A stretch of 34,825 bases of DNA from a virus (lineage: Duplodnaviria > Heunggongvirae > Uroviricota > Caudoviricetes), in the IMG/VR virus record IMGVR_UViG_2563366951_000001, positions 1 to 34,825 of that record. One strand, 5' to 3'. Of the stretch, positions 7,686 through 15,737 are shown one piece after another. Position 1 is the first letter of the stretch. Each line of letters starts with the position of its first letter. The position numbers were made by a program, and so were the translations under genes. The notes beneath the pieces are model-generated. The model ran no database searches, was not told the DNA's origin, and saw nothing but the letters and a program-made list of their open reading frames with translations.

Positions 7686-8174
7686 ATGAGTCTTTTGAAT
7701 GAAGTTCAGAAATTCATTGAAGCCCATCCGGGATGTACTTCCGGAGACATTGCGGATGCTTTTGCAGGTTACTCACGGCAGCGCGTTCTGCAGTCAGCAA
7801 GCAAGTTACGTCAGAGTGGGCGTGTGGCTCACCGTTGTGAAGGAGATACACGCAGACATTTCCCGCGCCTGACTGAGAGAGCGCAGGAACCGGAACCACA
7901 ACCAGTTCGAGAAACCAGACCTGTGCGCAATTTCTATGTCGGCACTAACGATCCACGGGTGATTTTGTGCCTGACCCGCCAGGCTGAAGAACTGGAGTCC
8001 AGGGGCTTATACCGTCGTGCTGCAACCGTGTGGATGGCGGCATTCCGTGAAAGCCACTCCCAGCCAGAACGAAACAATTTTCTGGCGCGTCGTGAGCGGT
8101 GCTTACGGAAAAGCAGCAAGCGCGCTGCATCGGGTGAAGAGTGGTATCTGTCAGGGAATTACGTGGGGGCTTAA
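7686..8174 (+). CDS. PerC-family-like transcriptional regulator
   Basis: C-terminal AEELESRGLYRRAATVWMAAF resembles the PerC motif (from memory); N-terminal HTH-like region; ATG at 7686 with AGGGGG SD (track start 7680 is GTG). Confidence 0.5.
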   Translation: MSLLNEVQKFIEAHPGCTSGDIADAFAGYSRQRVLQSASKLRQSGRVAHRCEGDTRRHFPRLTERAQEPEPQPVRETRPVRNFYVGTNDPRVILCLTRQAEELESRGLYRRAATVWMAAFRESHSQPERNNFLARRERCLRKSSKRAASGEEWYLSGNYVGA

Positions 8175-8827
8175 TGAGTAATAAATATTGCCAGGCGCTG
8201 GTGGAACTGCGGAACAAACCAGCCCATGAACTGAAGGAAGTGGGCGATCAGTGGCGCACGCCGGACAACATTTTCTGGGGAATTAACACCCTGTTTGGCC
8301 CGTTTGTTCTGGATCTGTTTACTGACGGTGATAACGCCAAATGTGCCGCGTATTACACGGCGGAAGATAACGCGCTGGCGCATGACTGGTCAGAACGTCT
8401 TGCGGAGCTTAAAGGTGCTGCCTTTGGTAATCCCCCATACAGCCGCGCCAGTCAGCATGAGGGGCAATACATCACCGGCATGCGTTACATCATGAAACAT
8501 GCCAGTGCCATGCGTGATAAGGGCGGGCGCTATGTTTTCCTGATCAAAGCTGCCACCAGCGAAGTGTGGTGGCCGGAAGATGCGGACCATATTGCTTTTA
8601 TTCGCGGGCGTATTGGTTTTGAACTGCCTGCCTGGTTTATCCCGAAGGATGAGAAGCAGGTGCCGACAGGCGCTTTCTTCGCTGGTGCTATTGCTGTTTT
8701 CGACAAGACCTGGAAGGGACCGGCAATCAGCTACATCGGGCGCGATGAACTTGAGGCATGTGGTGAAGCCTTTCTGGTGCAGGTTCGCCAGCAGGCGGAA
8801 AAACTGGTCAGGGAGATGGCGGCATGA
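8174..8827 (+). CDS. phage N6-adenine DNA methyltransferase (Dam-like, phage Dam family)
   Basis: Catalytic NPPY motif (AAFGNPPYS); TAATG stop-start overlap with upstream gene at 8172-8176. Confidence 0.85.
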   Translation: MSNKYCQALVELRNKPAHELKEVGDQWRTPDNIFWGINTLFGPFVLDLFTDGDNAKCAAYYTAEDNALAHDWSERLAELKGAAFGNPPYSRASQHEGQYITGMRYIMKHASAMRDKGGRYVFLIKAATSEVWWPEDADHIAFIRGRIGFELPAWFIPKDEKQVPTGAFFAGAIAVFDKTWKGPAISYIGRDELEACGEAFLVQVRQQAEKLVREMAA

Positions 8828-9150
8828 CGACGTTAACTCAATGCCAGCAGCAGGTGCTGGATATGCTGATTTCTTACCAGAAAGAGCGTGGCTTTCCGCC
8901 AACCAATCAGGAGGTGGCAACCATGCTGGGATACCGTTCAGTGAATGCAGCGGTAGAGCATCTTCGTGCACTGGAGAAAAAAGGCGTCATCACGATAAAG
9001 CGTGGCGTGGCCCGGGGGATAACGCTTCATACCGCGGTGAAGGACGACGACAGCGAGGCGGTCGGGATTATCCGCGCACTGCTTGCCGGTGAGGAAAACG
9101 CCAGGCTGCGTGCAGCCCACTGGTTACATGAGAGGGGCCTGAAAGTATGA
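8824..9150 (+). CDS. LexA N-terminal DNA-binding-domain-only protein
   Basis: TQCQQQVLDMLISYQKERGFPPTNQEVATMLGYRSVNAAVEHLRALEKKGVITI parallels the LexA N-terminal domain ([54 protein letters not shown], from memory); no S24 peptidase domain. Confidence 0.6.
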   Translation: MTTLTQCQQQVLDMLISYQKERGFPPTNQEVATMLGYRSVNAAVEHLRALEKKGVITIKRGVARGITLHTAVKDDDSEAVGIIRALLAGEENARLRAAHWLHERGLKV

Positions 9151-9536
9151 AGCTGATCCTGCCTTTCCCGCCCAGCGTGAACACGTACTGGCGACACCCC
9201 AACAAAGGGGCGTTTGCTGGTAAGAGCCTGATAAGCGCGGCGGGGCGCAAATTCCAGAGCGCGGCGTGCGCAGCAATAGTTGAGCAGTTACGTCGTCTGC
9301 CGAAACCAACGTCGGCACCTGCTGCAGTGGAGATCGTGTTGTTTCCACCGGATAACCGGATCCGCGATCTGGACAACTATAACAAGGCGCTGTTTGACGC
9401 CCTGACCCACGCGGGTGTGTGGGAAGACGACAGTCAGGTGAAAAGAATGCTGGTGGAGTGGGGACCGGTTGTCCCGGAAGGGAAGGTCGAGATCACTATC
9501 AGTAAGTACGAGAAAACGGCGGGTGCAGCCGCCTGA
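9147..9536 (+). CDS. rusA: RusA Holliday junction resolvase
   Basis: ILPFPPSVNTYWRH...RDLDNYNKALFDALTHAGVWEDDSQV matches RusA signature (PWPPSNNRYYRH...[26 protein letters not shown], from memory). Confidence 0.9.
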   Translation: MKLILPFPPSVNTYWRHPNKGAFAGKSLISAAGRKFQSAACAAIVEQLRRLPKPTSAPAAVEIVLFPPDNRIRDLDNYNKALFDALTHAGVWEDDSQVKRMLVEWGPVVPEGKVEITISKYEKTAGAAA

Positions 9537-9555
9537 TTAAGAGGAGAAACGAAGT

Positions 9556-10353
9556 ATGAATAATCTGATGGTCATTGATGGTATTGAAGTTCGTCGTGAT
9601 GCTTATGGGCGTTACAGCCTGAACGATCTGCACAGGGCTGCCGGTTCTCTGGATAAGCATAAGCCTGCATTCTGGCTCCGCAATGAGCAAACTGAACGTT
9701 TAATAAGCGAGTTGCAGATTTGCAACTCGGTCAATATAGAGCCAGTTAACGTTATTCGTGGCGGAAATAACCAAGGGACGTATGTCTGCAAAGAACTGGT
9801 GTATGCCTATGCAATGTGGATCAGCCCGTCATTCCATCTGAAGGTGATCCGTACTTTCGATATGGTAACCAGCACACCGGAAAAATTATCCGGGCAGGCT
9901 GCTGACAAGATGCAGGCTGGCGTGATCCTGCTGGACTTTATGCGCCGGGAATTAAACCTGTCTAACTCATCAGTGCTTGGAGCCTGTCAGAAGCTTCAGG
10001 AGGCTGTTGGCTTACCGAATCTGGCACCGCGCTATGCTATTGATGCTCCTGCTGACGCGCCTGATGGCTCAAGCCGCCCGACACTGTCACTGAGTGCACT
10101 GCTGAAACAGTATGGTATCTGCCTGACGGCTAATCAGGCATATCACCAGATGGCGAAGCTGGGGATCGTTGAACAACGCGAACGATACAGCCGTACCGCG
10201 ATTAACAACATCAAAAAATTCTGGTCGCTGACAGCGAAAGGCTGCATGTTCGGCAAGAACATCACCAGTCCTGCAAATCCGCGTGAGACGCAGCCGCATT
10301 TCTTCGAATCCCGATTCACTGAGCTGTTAAAGCTGCTCGATACCGTTCATTGA
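9556..10353 (+). CDS. KilA-N domain protein (antirepressor-like)
   Basis: N-terminal KilA-N-type region (IDGIEVRRDAYGRYSLNDLHRAAG...FWLRNEQTERLISEL); strong GAGGAGA SD. Confidence 0.75.
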   Translation: MNNLMVIDGIEVRRDAYGRYSLNDLHRAAGSLDKHKPAFWLRNEQTERLISELQICNSVNIEPVNVIRGGNNQGTYVCKELVYAYAMWISPSFHLKVIRTFDMVTSTPEKLSGQAADKMQAGVILLDFMRRELNLSNSSVLGACQKLQEAVGLPNLAPRYAIDAPADAPDGSSRPTLSLSALLKQYGICLTANQAYHQMAKLGIVEQRERYSRTAINNIKKFWSLTAKGCMFGKNITSPANPRETQPHFFESRFTELLKLLDTVH

Positions 10354-10354
10354 G

Positions 10355-11350
10355 GTGACCGTGAGAGCACTACTGACCCCTGAAATTGCCCCGCGTATGG
10401 GGATCGTATTGTTCAGGCCAGGTTCAGAGCTGATGCCCCTGTTTATGCAGGGGCGTGTCCTGCTGGAGCCTGAGCCGGAACGTTATTCATCTTTCGCCAG
10501 TGGTGCCGTTCCGGCGGCATCACAACCGCTGGCGGATGATCCTGCCGTTCGGGCCGTGTTCCGCAATGAGGCAGTGATCCGTCGTGCTGGTGGCGTGGAA
10601 TGTCTTGAAAGCTGGTTACTTCGTGAAAAAGGCTGCCAGTGGCCTCATTCCGACTGGCACAGCGAGAACATGACAACAATGCGACACGCTCCGGGCGCAA
10701 TCCGTTTGTGCTGGCACTGCGATAACCAGCTGCGCGATCAGTTCACGGAACGGCTGGAATCAATGGCAACGGATAACAGTGCCCGCTGGGTGTTGTCTGT
10801 TGTGCGTCGGGATCTCGGTTTTGATGACAGTCATGTTGTGACAATGCCGGAACTGTGCTGGTGGCTGATTCGTAATGATCTGGCGGATGCCTTACCGGAA
10901 AGTGCAGCCCGTAAGGCACTGAGATTACCGAAGCCTGTTGTGCTGTCTGTTACCCGGGAAAGTGACCTTGTGCCTTCGGTTCCTGCCACCAGCATCATCC
11001 AGGATAAGGCGAAAAAGGTGCTGGCGCTGAAAGTGGATCCGGAGTCGCCGGAGTCTTTTATGTTACGCCCCAAACGTCGCCGCTGGGTTAATGAAAAGTA
11101 CACGCGCTGGGTTAAGACGCAGCCGTGCGCATGTTGTGGAAAACCTGCTGATGATCCCCACCACCTGATAGGTCACGGTCAGGGTGGAATGGCTACAAAA
11201 GCGCATGACCTCTTTGTGTTGCCTTTGTGCAGAAAGCATCACGACGAGCTGCATGCGGATACCGTGGCATTTGAAGAGAAGTATGGCTCCCAGCTGGAGC
11301 TGATATTTCGTTTTATCGATCGTGCACTGGCAATTGGCGTGCTGGCCTGA
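10355..11350 (+). CDS. DUF968-family protein with C-terminal HNH-like Cys/His cluster
   Basis: C-terminal CACCGKPADDPHHLIGHGQGGMATKAHDLFVLPLCRKHHDELH; conserved position between RusA/KilA-N and Q; start codon uncertain (GTG at 10355 or 10361). Confidence 0.7.
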   Translation: MTVRALLTPEIAPRMGIVLFRPGSELMPLFMQGRVLLEPEPERYSSFASGAVPAASQPLADDPAVRAVFRNEAVIRRAGGVECLESWLLREKGCQWPHSDWHSENMTTMRHAPGAIRLCWHCDNQLRDQFTERLESMATDNSARWVLSVVRRDLGFDDSHVVTMPELCWWLIRNDLADALPESAARKALRLPKPVVLSVTRESDLVPSVPATSIIQDKAKKVLALKVDPESPESFMLRPKRRRWVNEKYTRWVKTQPCACCGKPADDPHHLIGHGQGGMATKAHDLFVLPLCRKHHDELHADTVAFEEKYGSQLELIFRFIDRALAIGVLA

Positions 11351-11367
11351 TTTTGTGGAGAAAGTTG

Positions 11368-11709
11368 ATGCGTGATATGTATGAAGTATTGGACCGCTGG
11401 GGTGCATGGGCTGCAGCAGATAACAGTGGTGTGGACTGGCAGCCTGTTGCTGCAGGGTTTAAAGGTTTACTACCTCATGGAAAGAAAACACGCCAACAAT
11501 GCGATGATGATGAAGGAATCATGATTGACAGCTGTGTTGCGCGATTGCGGAAATATAAGCCCGAAGAGTATGAGTTGGTTATTGCTCATTTTGTTATCGG
11601 CATCTCACTAAGAACTATTGCAAAGAAGCAGAAGTGTTCTGATGGGACAATAAGAAAAGAGTTGCAAACAGCTCTTGGTTTTCTGGATGGTGTGCTTTCA
11701 ATGTTGTAA
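11368..11709 (+). CDS. Q: antitermination protein Q (Phage_antitermQ family)
   Basis: MRDMYEVLDRWGAWAAADN...AAGFKGLLP...QQCDDDEG matches remembered family members (MRDIQMVLERWGAWAANN...); GGAG SD 7 nt before ATG at 11368 (track start 11353 is TTG). Confidence 0.8.
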   Translation: MRDMYEVLDRWGAWAAADNSGVDWQPVAAGFKGLLPHGKKTRQQCDDDEGIMIDSCVARLRKYKPEEYELVIAHFVIGISLRTIAKKQKCSDGTIRKELQTALGFLDGVLSML

Positions 11710-11714
11710 TATTA

Positions 11715-11737
11715 GGGGGAATTACCCCCCTTTTTTT
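11715..11737 (+). terminator. intrinsic terminator immediately after Q (GGGGG-loop-CCCCC + T7)
   Basis: GGGGGAATTACCCCCC followed by TTTTTTT; the stem also overlaps the last codons (KKGG*) of the convergent minus-strand membrane-protein gene. Confidence 0.6.
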
Positions 11738-12270
11738 CTCTGTTGCTTTAATAAAATTTTAATATTTTGTCTGATTATGATGAGGCAATGTAATAAAAGA
11801 AATACCGTTAGTATTGCAAGCCATACGCAAAATAAGCATGCATATAAATTAGTTGAAAGTCCAATAGTGAATTGTGCAATTGCTGTTGTGATAGAACATA
11901 ATATTGATGTATTAATAAATGAGGATAAATTGTCTAAAGGTTTATAAAGTACACTATCATTGATTTTGTCAATAGGTATACCAGTGGCAATGCTATAAAT
12001 TTCCTTATATTCCTGAGTTGCAAAAACCTTATCGCGTAAATTTATTATGACAAAGGTATGCAGGCTCAATAAAAATGAGCCCACGGAAATAAAACCGGAG
12101 AAGAGATAGCCTCGTAAGTTTTTATGATAAAAATCAAAAAAGTTAACACTTACTTTAGGTGTGTTTCTGTACAATAGGTAAAGTGCAAGCAATGCCAGGA
12201 TCGAGAATGCAAGCAGTGTAAGGTACTGATACCTCAATCTTTTATTTATTAGCCATTCATATAAAGGCAT
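11722..12270 (-). CDS. predicted 4-TM small membrane protein (182 aa), cassette gene 2; unknown function
   Basis: Four hydrophobic helices (LTLLAFSILALLALYLLY; LFSGFISVGSFLLSLHTFVIINL; FINTSILCSITTAIAQFTIGL; LYACLFCVWLAILTVFLLLHCLIII) and basic C-terminus; AT-rich; start overlaps upstream gene stop by 14 nt. Confidence 0.7.
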   Translation of the reverse strand: MPLYEWLINKRLRYQYLTLLAFSILALLALYLLYRNTPKVSVNFFDFYHKNLRGYLFSGFISVGSFLLSLHTFVIINLRDKVFATQEYKEIYSIATGIPIDKINDSVLYKPLDNLSSFINTSILCSITTAIAQFTIGLSTNLYACLFCVWLAILTVFLLLHCLIIIRQNIKILLKQQRKKGG

Positions 12271-13183
12271 TTTTATTCGTCCCGTTCAGCATTTCTTCTT
12301 TTATCATATCAAAAACAGGGTTTGTTGTATAATTATCGTTTGTCAATCCATTGACTTTATCGGCAATTATATCGAAATCGTATGTTTCAAAAAAAACAGG
12401 GCAGTTCATAAAATCAATGGTTTTTTCTATTCCTGCATGGTTTACTGCAATAACCTGTGCTTTAGCAACTCCACTCATAGAATTATAAATATTTGAAAGA
12501 TTCTGAGATAGTTGTTGCACTTTTGTTCTGTCGCTAGAATTAAAATTCATATCTATTGTGGTGGTGTTAACAAATTGTTCAAGCGCAGTCATTGGTCCAC
12601 CTTTAAAATCTATATAATTAAATTTAAAGCTTGTGCTTTTAATCTCTTTGAATTGACATAAAACACTCTGAATGTTGTTTTTATTTGTCATAAGGCTGAA
12701 AGTCAGTCTTTCTTTGTATTTTTTATTTATTGCAGTTACTTCTTTTTGTTTTGGTTTATCACCAAGTTTTTTTATTTCTTCTTTATTTTGATTTCTGATA
12801 AATTCATTACTTATTGTTTCTAAATGAGAAAAGAGAGTGTTCAGACTGCATGAACCGTGGTGATACATATAGAGACCAGAAAGATTAGATTTTTTAATTA
12901 AGAAAAAGTTGAAATTAGCAAGTTTGTCACTTCCTTGAAGATCTTCAATTTTAAGCTGGAATTTACCATCAACAAATTGCGACTTACAGTTCTTTTTTTG
13001 GTTTCTGAATGTGACAACTAATCCATAATAGAAATCATTCACATCCGAAATGAGAATTTTACGAGTATAGTCTGTGCGACTGTGTTCTCTGTTTGATGCG
13101 TTGATAAAAGCATTCATTACGTCAACGGTATTAATATTTTTGTTATTGTTATTTATTGTAAATCCTATGCTTCTAACTTTCAT
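12257..13183 (-). CDS. hypothetical soluble protein (308 aa), cassette gene 1; unknown function
   Basis: Long AT-rich ORF, Asn/Lys-rich, no TM segments, no P-loop, HEPN or PD-(D/E)xK motif recognisable by eye; antisense to the flanking phage operons. Confidence 0.7.
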   Translation of the reverse strand: MKVRSIGFTINNNNKNINTVDVMNAFINASNREHSRTDYTRKILISDVNDFYYGLVVTFRNQKKNCKSQFVDGKFQLKIEDLQGSDKLANFNFFLIKKSNLSGLYMYHHGSCSLNTLFSHLETISNEFIRNQNKEEIKKLGDKPKQKEVTAINKKYKERLTFSLMTNKNNIQSVLCQFKEIKSTSFKFNYIDFKGGPMTALEQFVNTTTIDMNFNSSDRTKVQQLSQNLSNIYNSMSGVAKAQVIAVNHAGIEKTIDFMNCPVFFETYDFDIIADKVNGLTNDNYTTNPVFDMIKEEMLNGTNKNAFI

Positions 13184-13301
13184 GTGTATTCCAGGACCGA
13201 CTAAAGATAGCGAGAATGGGGACGCATAGTTTATAAAAATCCTAACGCGTACGCAAAAAGTATTATATCGTGTTAAGAGTGGTTACTTCGCCACACAACT
13301 T

Positions 13302-13326
13302 AAACCCGCCGCTGAGCGGTTTTTTT
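13302..13326 (+). terminator. possible short intrinsic terminator (tR-prime-like) upstream of late-region genes
   Basis: AAACCCGCCGCTGAGCGGTTTTTTT: short GC stem CCGC/GCGG followed by T7, flanked by an A-tract. Confidence 0.4.
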
Positions 13327-13447
13327 GTACCTGTAAACCTTGTGCAGTACAGTAAACACGCTGGTGGTCGTGAATACTGGCTTTTTATCTTGCTGGCTTT
13401 TTAGACAAGAGTTATTGGTATGTCATGTTAACCAGAAGGGAAAAGAC

Positions 13448-13651
13448 ATGCTAAAACAGCAAGATATGACAGAAACCGCCGCCGCAGTCCTTCATTTCTT
13501 ACCTGCTGACAAGTGGGTAACGCCACGCATGATGACGAGAACTACCGGAGTAAGCGAAGCCCGGTGCCAGTTAATACTGACTCAGTTAGTTCTGGCGGGT
13601 CTGGCGAAGGATAACGGCGGGTACGGGAATAAATTCAGACGCTGCCAGTAA
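13448..13651 (+). CDS. hypothetical small protein (67 aa), possibly DNA-binding
   Basis: ATG at 13448 with GAAGGGA SD; track start 13340 is TTG and unlikely; no confident domain. Confidence 0.45.
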   Translation: MLKQQDMTETAAAVLHFLPADKWVTPRMMTRTTGVSEARCQLILTQLVLAGLAKDNGGYGNKFRRCQ

Positions 13652-13801
13652 TGGCGGTTTCCTGCTGTGAAAATGGGCGGCTGGTGGGTGTTGGTAGCAC
13701 CTGCCAGCCATTCGCTCATGCTTACTGGTCACAAGCGAACCACGGCCCACTGCTTTAGCGCAAAAGCAGAGTGAGCCTACCAGAGTTACGCTTACTGATC
13801 C

Positions 13802-14854
13802 ATGAAAAATACTGTAAAAATAAACAGTGTTGATTTAATCAACGCTGATTGCCTGCATTTTATTCAGTCCCTGCCTGATGATTCCATTGACCTGATTGTT
13901 ACCGATCCGCCTTACTTCAAGGTGAAACCTAACGGTTGGGACAATCAGTGGAAAGGGGACGAAGATTACCTTAAGTGGCTGGACCACTGTCTGGCCCAGT
14001 TCTGGCGGGTGTTAAAACCTGCCGGAAGCCTTTACCTGTTCTGTGGGCATCGCCTGGCATCTGATATTGAGATCATGATGCGTGAACGTTTCAACGTGCT
14101 TAACCATATCATCTGGGCGAAGCCGTCCGGACGTTGGAATGGGTGTAATAAAGAAAGTCTGCGCGCATATTTTCCTGCCACAGAGCGCGTTCTGTTTGCT
14201 GAACATTACCAGGGGCCATATCGCGGCAAAAGTGACGGCTATGCGGCAAAAGAAAGGGAACTCAAACAGCACATAATGGCACCGCTGATATCGTATTTCA
14301 GGGATGCTCGTGCCGAACTGGGTATAACGGCAAAACAAATTGCCGAAGCCACAGGTAAGAAAAATATGGTTTCCCACTGGTTTGGTGCCAGTCAGTGGCA
14401 GTTGCCGAATGAGGCTGACTATCGGAAGTTACAGGCACTGTTTTCCCGTATAGCGGCAGAGAAGTTTCAGGAACAACAACTGGAACAACCACACCACCAG
14501 CTGGTGGCATCTTATGATTCACTGAATCGCAAATATTCTGAATTGCTGGATGAGTTTAAATCTCTCCGGCGCTATTTCTCCGTATCAGTCTCCGTGCCTT
14601 ATACCGATGTCTGGACGCATAAGCCCGTTCAGTTCTACCCGGGTAAACATCCGTGCGAGAAACCGGCGGATATGCTCCGGCAAATAATCAATGCCAGTAG
14701 TCGACCTGGTGATCTGGTTGCTGATTTCTTTATGGGATCCGGTTCCACAATAAAAGCAGCAATGGCGCTGGGGCGTCGGGCGTTAGGTGTTGAACTTGAG
14801 TCAGAGCGGTTTAATCAGACGGTGAAAGAGGTAAGTGAACTGGTGGGGAAATAA
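13802..14854 (+). CDS. DNA methyltransferase, beta-class amino-MTase (N6-adenine or N4-cytosine), orphan
   Basis: DPPY catalytic motif near N-terminus (IVTDPPYF) and FxGxG AdoMet motif near C-terminus (DFFMGSGST); motif order IV then I indicates beta class; no adjacent restriction gene. Confidence 0.85.
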   Translation: MKNTVKINSVDLINADCLHFIQSLPDDSIDLIVTDPPYFKVKPNGWDNQWKGDEDYLKWLDHCLAQFWRVLKPAGSLYLFCGHRLASDIEIMMRERFNVLNHIIWAKPSGRWNGCNKESLRAYFPATERVLFAEHYQGPYRGKSDGYAAKERELKQHIMAPLISYFRDARAELGITAKQIAEATGKKNMVSHWFGASQWQLPNEADYRKLQALFSRIAAEKFQEQQLEQPHHQLVASYDSLNRKYSELLDEFKSLRRYFSVSVSVPYTDVWTHKPVQFYPGKHPCEKPADMLRQIINASSRPGDLVADFFMGSGSTIKAAMALGRRALGVELESERFNQTVKEVSELVGK

Positions 14855-14861
14855 TTCTGGT

Positions 14862-14887
14862 GGCCACGTTGCGTGGCCTTTTTATTT
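14862..14887 (+). terminator. intrinsic terminator after methyltransferase gene
   Basis: GGCCACG-TTG-CGTGGCC perfect 7-bp stem followed by TTTTTATTT. Confidence 0.6.
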
Positions 14888-14930
14888 CCAACACAGCACC
14901 CGCAAATATCGCGAGGTGAGAGATGACGAA

Positions 14931-15257
14931 ATGCCTCATAACCCAAATACCTGGCTGGACTTGGTCCAGAGCTGGTGGCGTGGAGACACACCGCTGGGTG
15001 CAGTGATTATGTCGATCGTTATGGCTGGTTTGCGCATCGCCTATTTTGGCGGTGGTGGTGGCTGGAAGCGAAAAACGCTCGAGATTTTGCTATGTGGCGC
15101 TCTGACGCTGACCTTTGCATCCGCTCTTGAGTATGTCGGATGGCCTAAATCACTTTCTGTTGCCATTGGTGGTGGTGTTGGGCTGATCGGTGTCGATGCT
15201 ATTCGTGGGGCAGCAATGCGAGTAATCGGTAACAAATTTGGTAGCTCGAAGGAGTAA
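14931..15257 (+). CDS. S: holin (lambda S-like class I, 3 TM)
   Basis: Three hydrophobic segments and charged C-terminus; motif GGGVGLIGVDAIRGAAMRVIGNKF parallels lambda S ([21 protein letters not shown], from memory); immediately upstream of endolysin; the track's long N-terminal extension from 14835 rejected. Confidence 0.75.
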   Translation: MPHNPNTWLDLVQSWWRGDTPLGAVIMSIVMAGLRIAYFGGGGGWKRKTLEILLCGALTLTFASALEYVGWPKSLSVAIGGGVGLIGVDAIRGAAMRVIGNKFGSSKE

Positions 15258-15260
15258 TTT

Positions 15261-15737
15261 ATGCAGGCACTAAATTCCCAGCGTAAAGCTTTCCTTGATA
15301 TGGTGGCATGGTCAGAAGGAACGGATAACGGGCGACAACCGACACGTAACCACGGTTATGACGTTATTGTTGGTGGTGAACTGTTTACTGATTACTCCGA
15401 TCATCCTCGCAAACTTGTCACGCTAAACTCCAAACTCAAATCAACAGCCGCCGGACGTTACCAGCTTCTTTCACGTTGGTGGGATGCTTACCGTAAACAG
15501 CTTGGTTTGAAAGACTTCTCCCCCAAAAGCCAGGACGCTGTGGCATTGCAGCAGATTAAAGAACGTGGCGCTTTACCGATGATTGATCGTGGTGATATTC
15601 GTCAGGCTATCGACCGTTGCAGCAATATCTGGGCTTCGTTGCCGGGCGCTGGTTACGGTCAGTATGAACATAAAATTGGTGACCTGATTGCCAGGTTTAA
15701 AGAGGTTGGCGGGGTGGTAAATGAAGTTGAGCTATAA
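15261..15737 (+). CDS. R: endolysin, lambda R-like lytic transglycosylase
   Basis: Near-identical over most of its length to lambda R as remembered (NSQRKAFLDMVAWSEGTDNGRQPTRNHGYDVIVGGELFTDYSDHPRKLVTLN...). Confidence 0.95.
   Translation: MQALNSQRKAFLDMVAWSEGTDNGRQPTRNHGYDVIVGGELFTDYSDHPRKLVTLNSKLKSTAAGRYQLLSRWWDAYRKQLGLKDFSPKSQDAVALQQIKERGALPMIDRGDIRQAIDRCSNIWASLPGAGYGQYEHKIGDLIARFKEVGGVVNEVEL

Noticed and set aside
8390-8971. 193-aa minus-strand ORF inside the Dam-like MTase / LexA-like genes
   Set aside because: Antisense to two well-supported genes with motif-level identification; typical spurious ORF in GC-rich coding DNA.
11722-13183. Shiga-toxin-type cargo (stxA/stxB) at the Q-holin position
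   Set aside because: Genes are antisense to the late operon, the second product is a four-helix membrane protein rather than an 89-aa secreted B subunit, and no signal peptides or toxin motifs are recognisable.
14835-14930. Long N-terminal extension of the holin ORF starting at 14835
   Set aside because: Overlaps the methyltransferase 3-prime end and the intervening terminator hairpin; the ATG at 14931 gives a lambda-S-sized holin.
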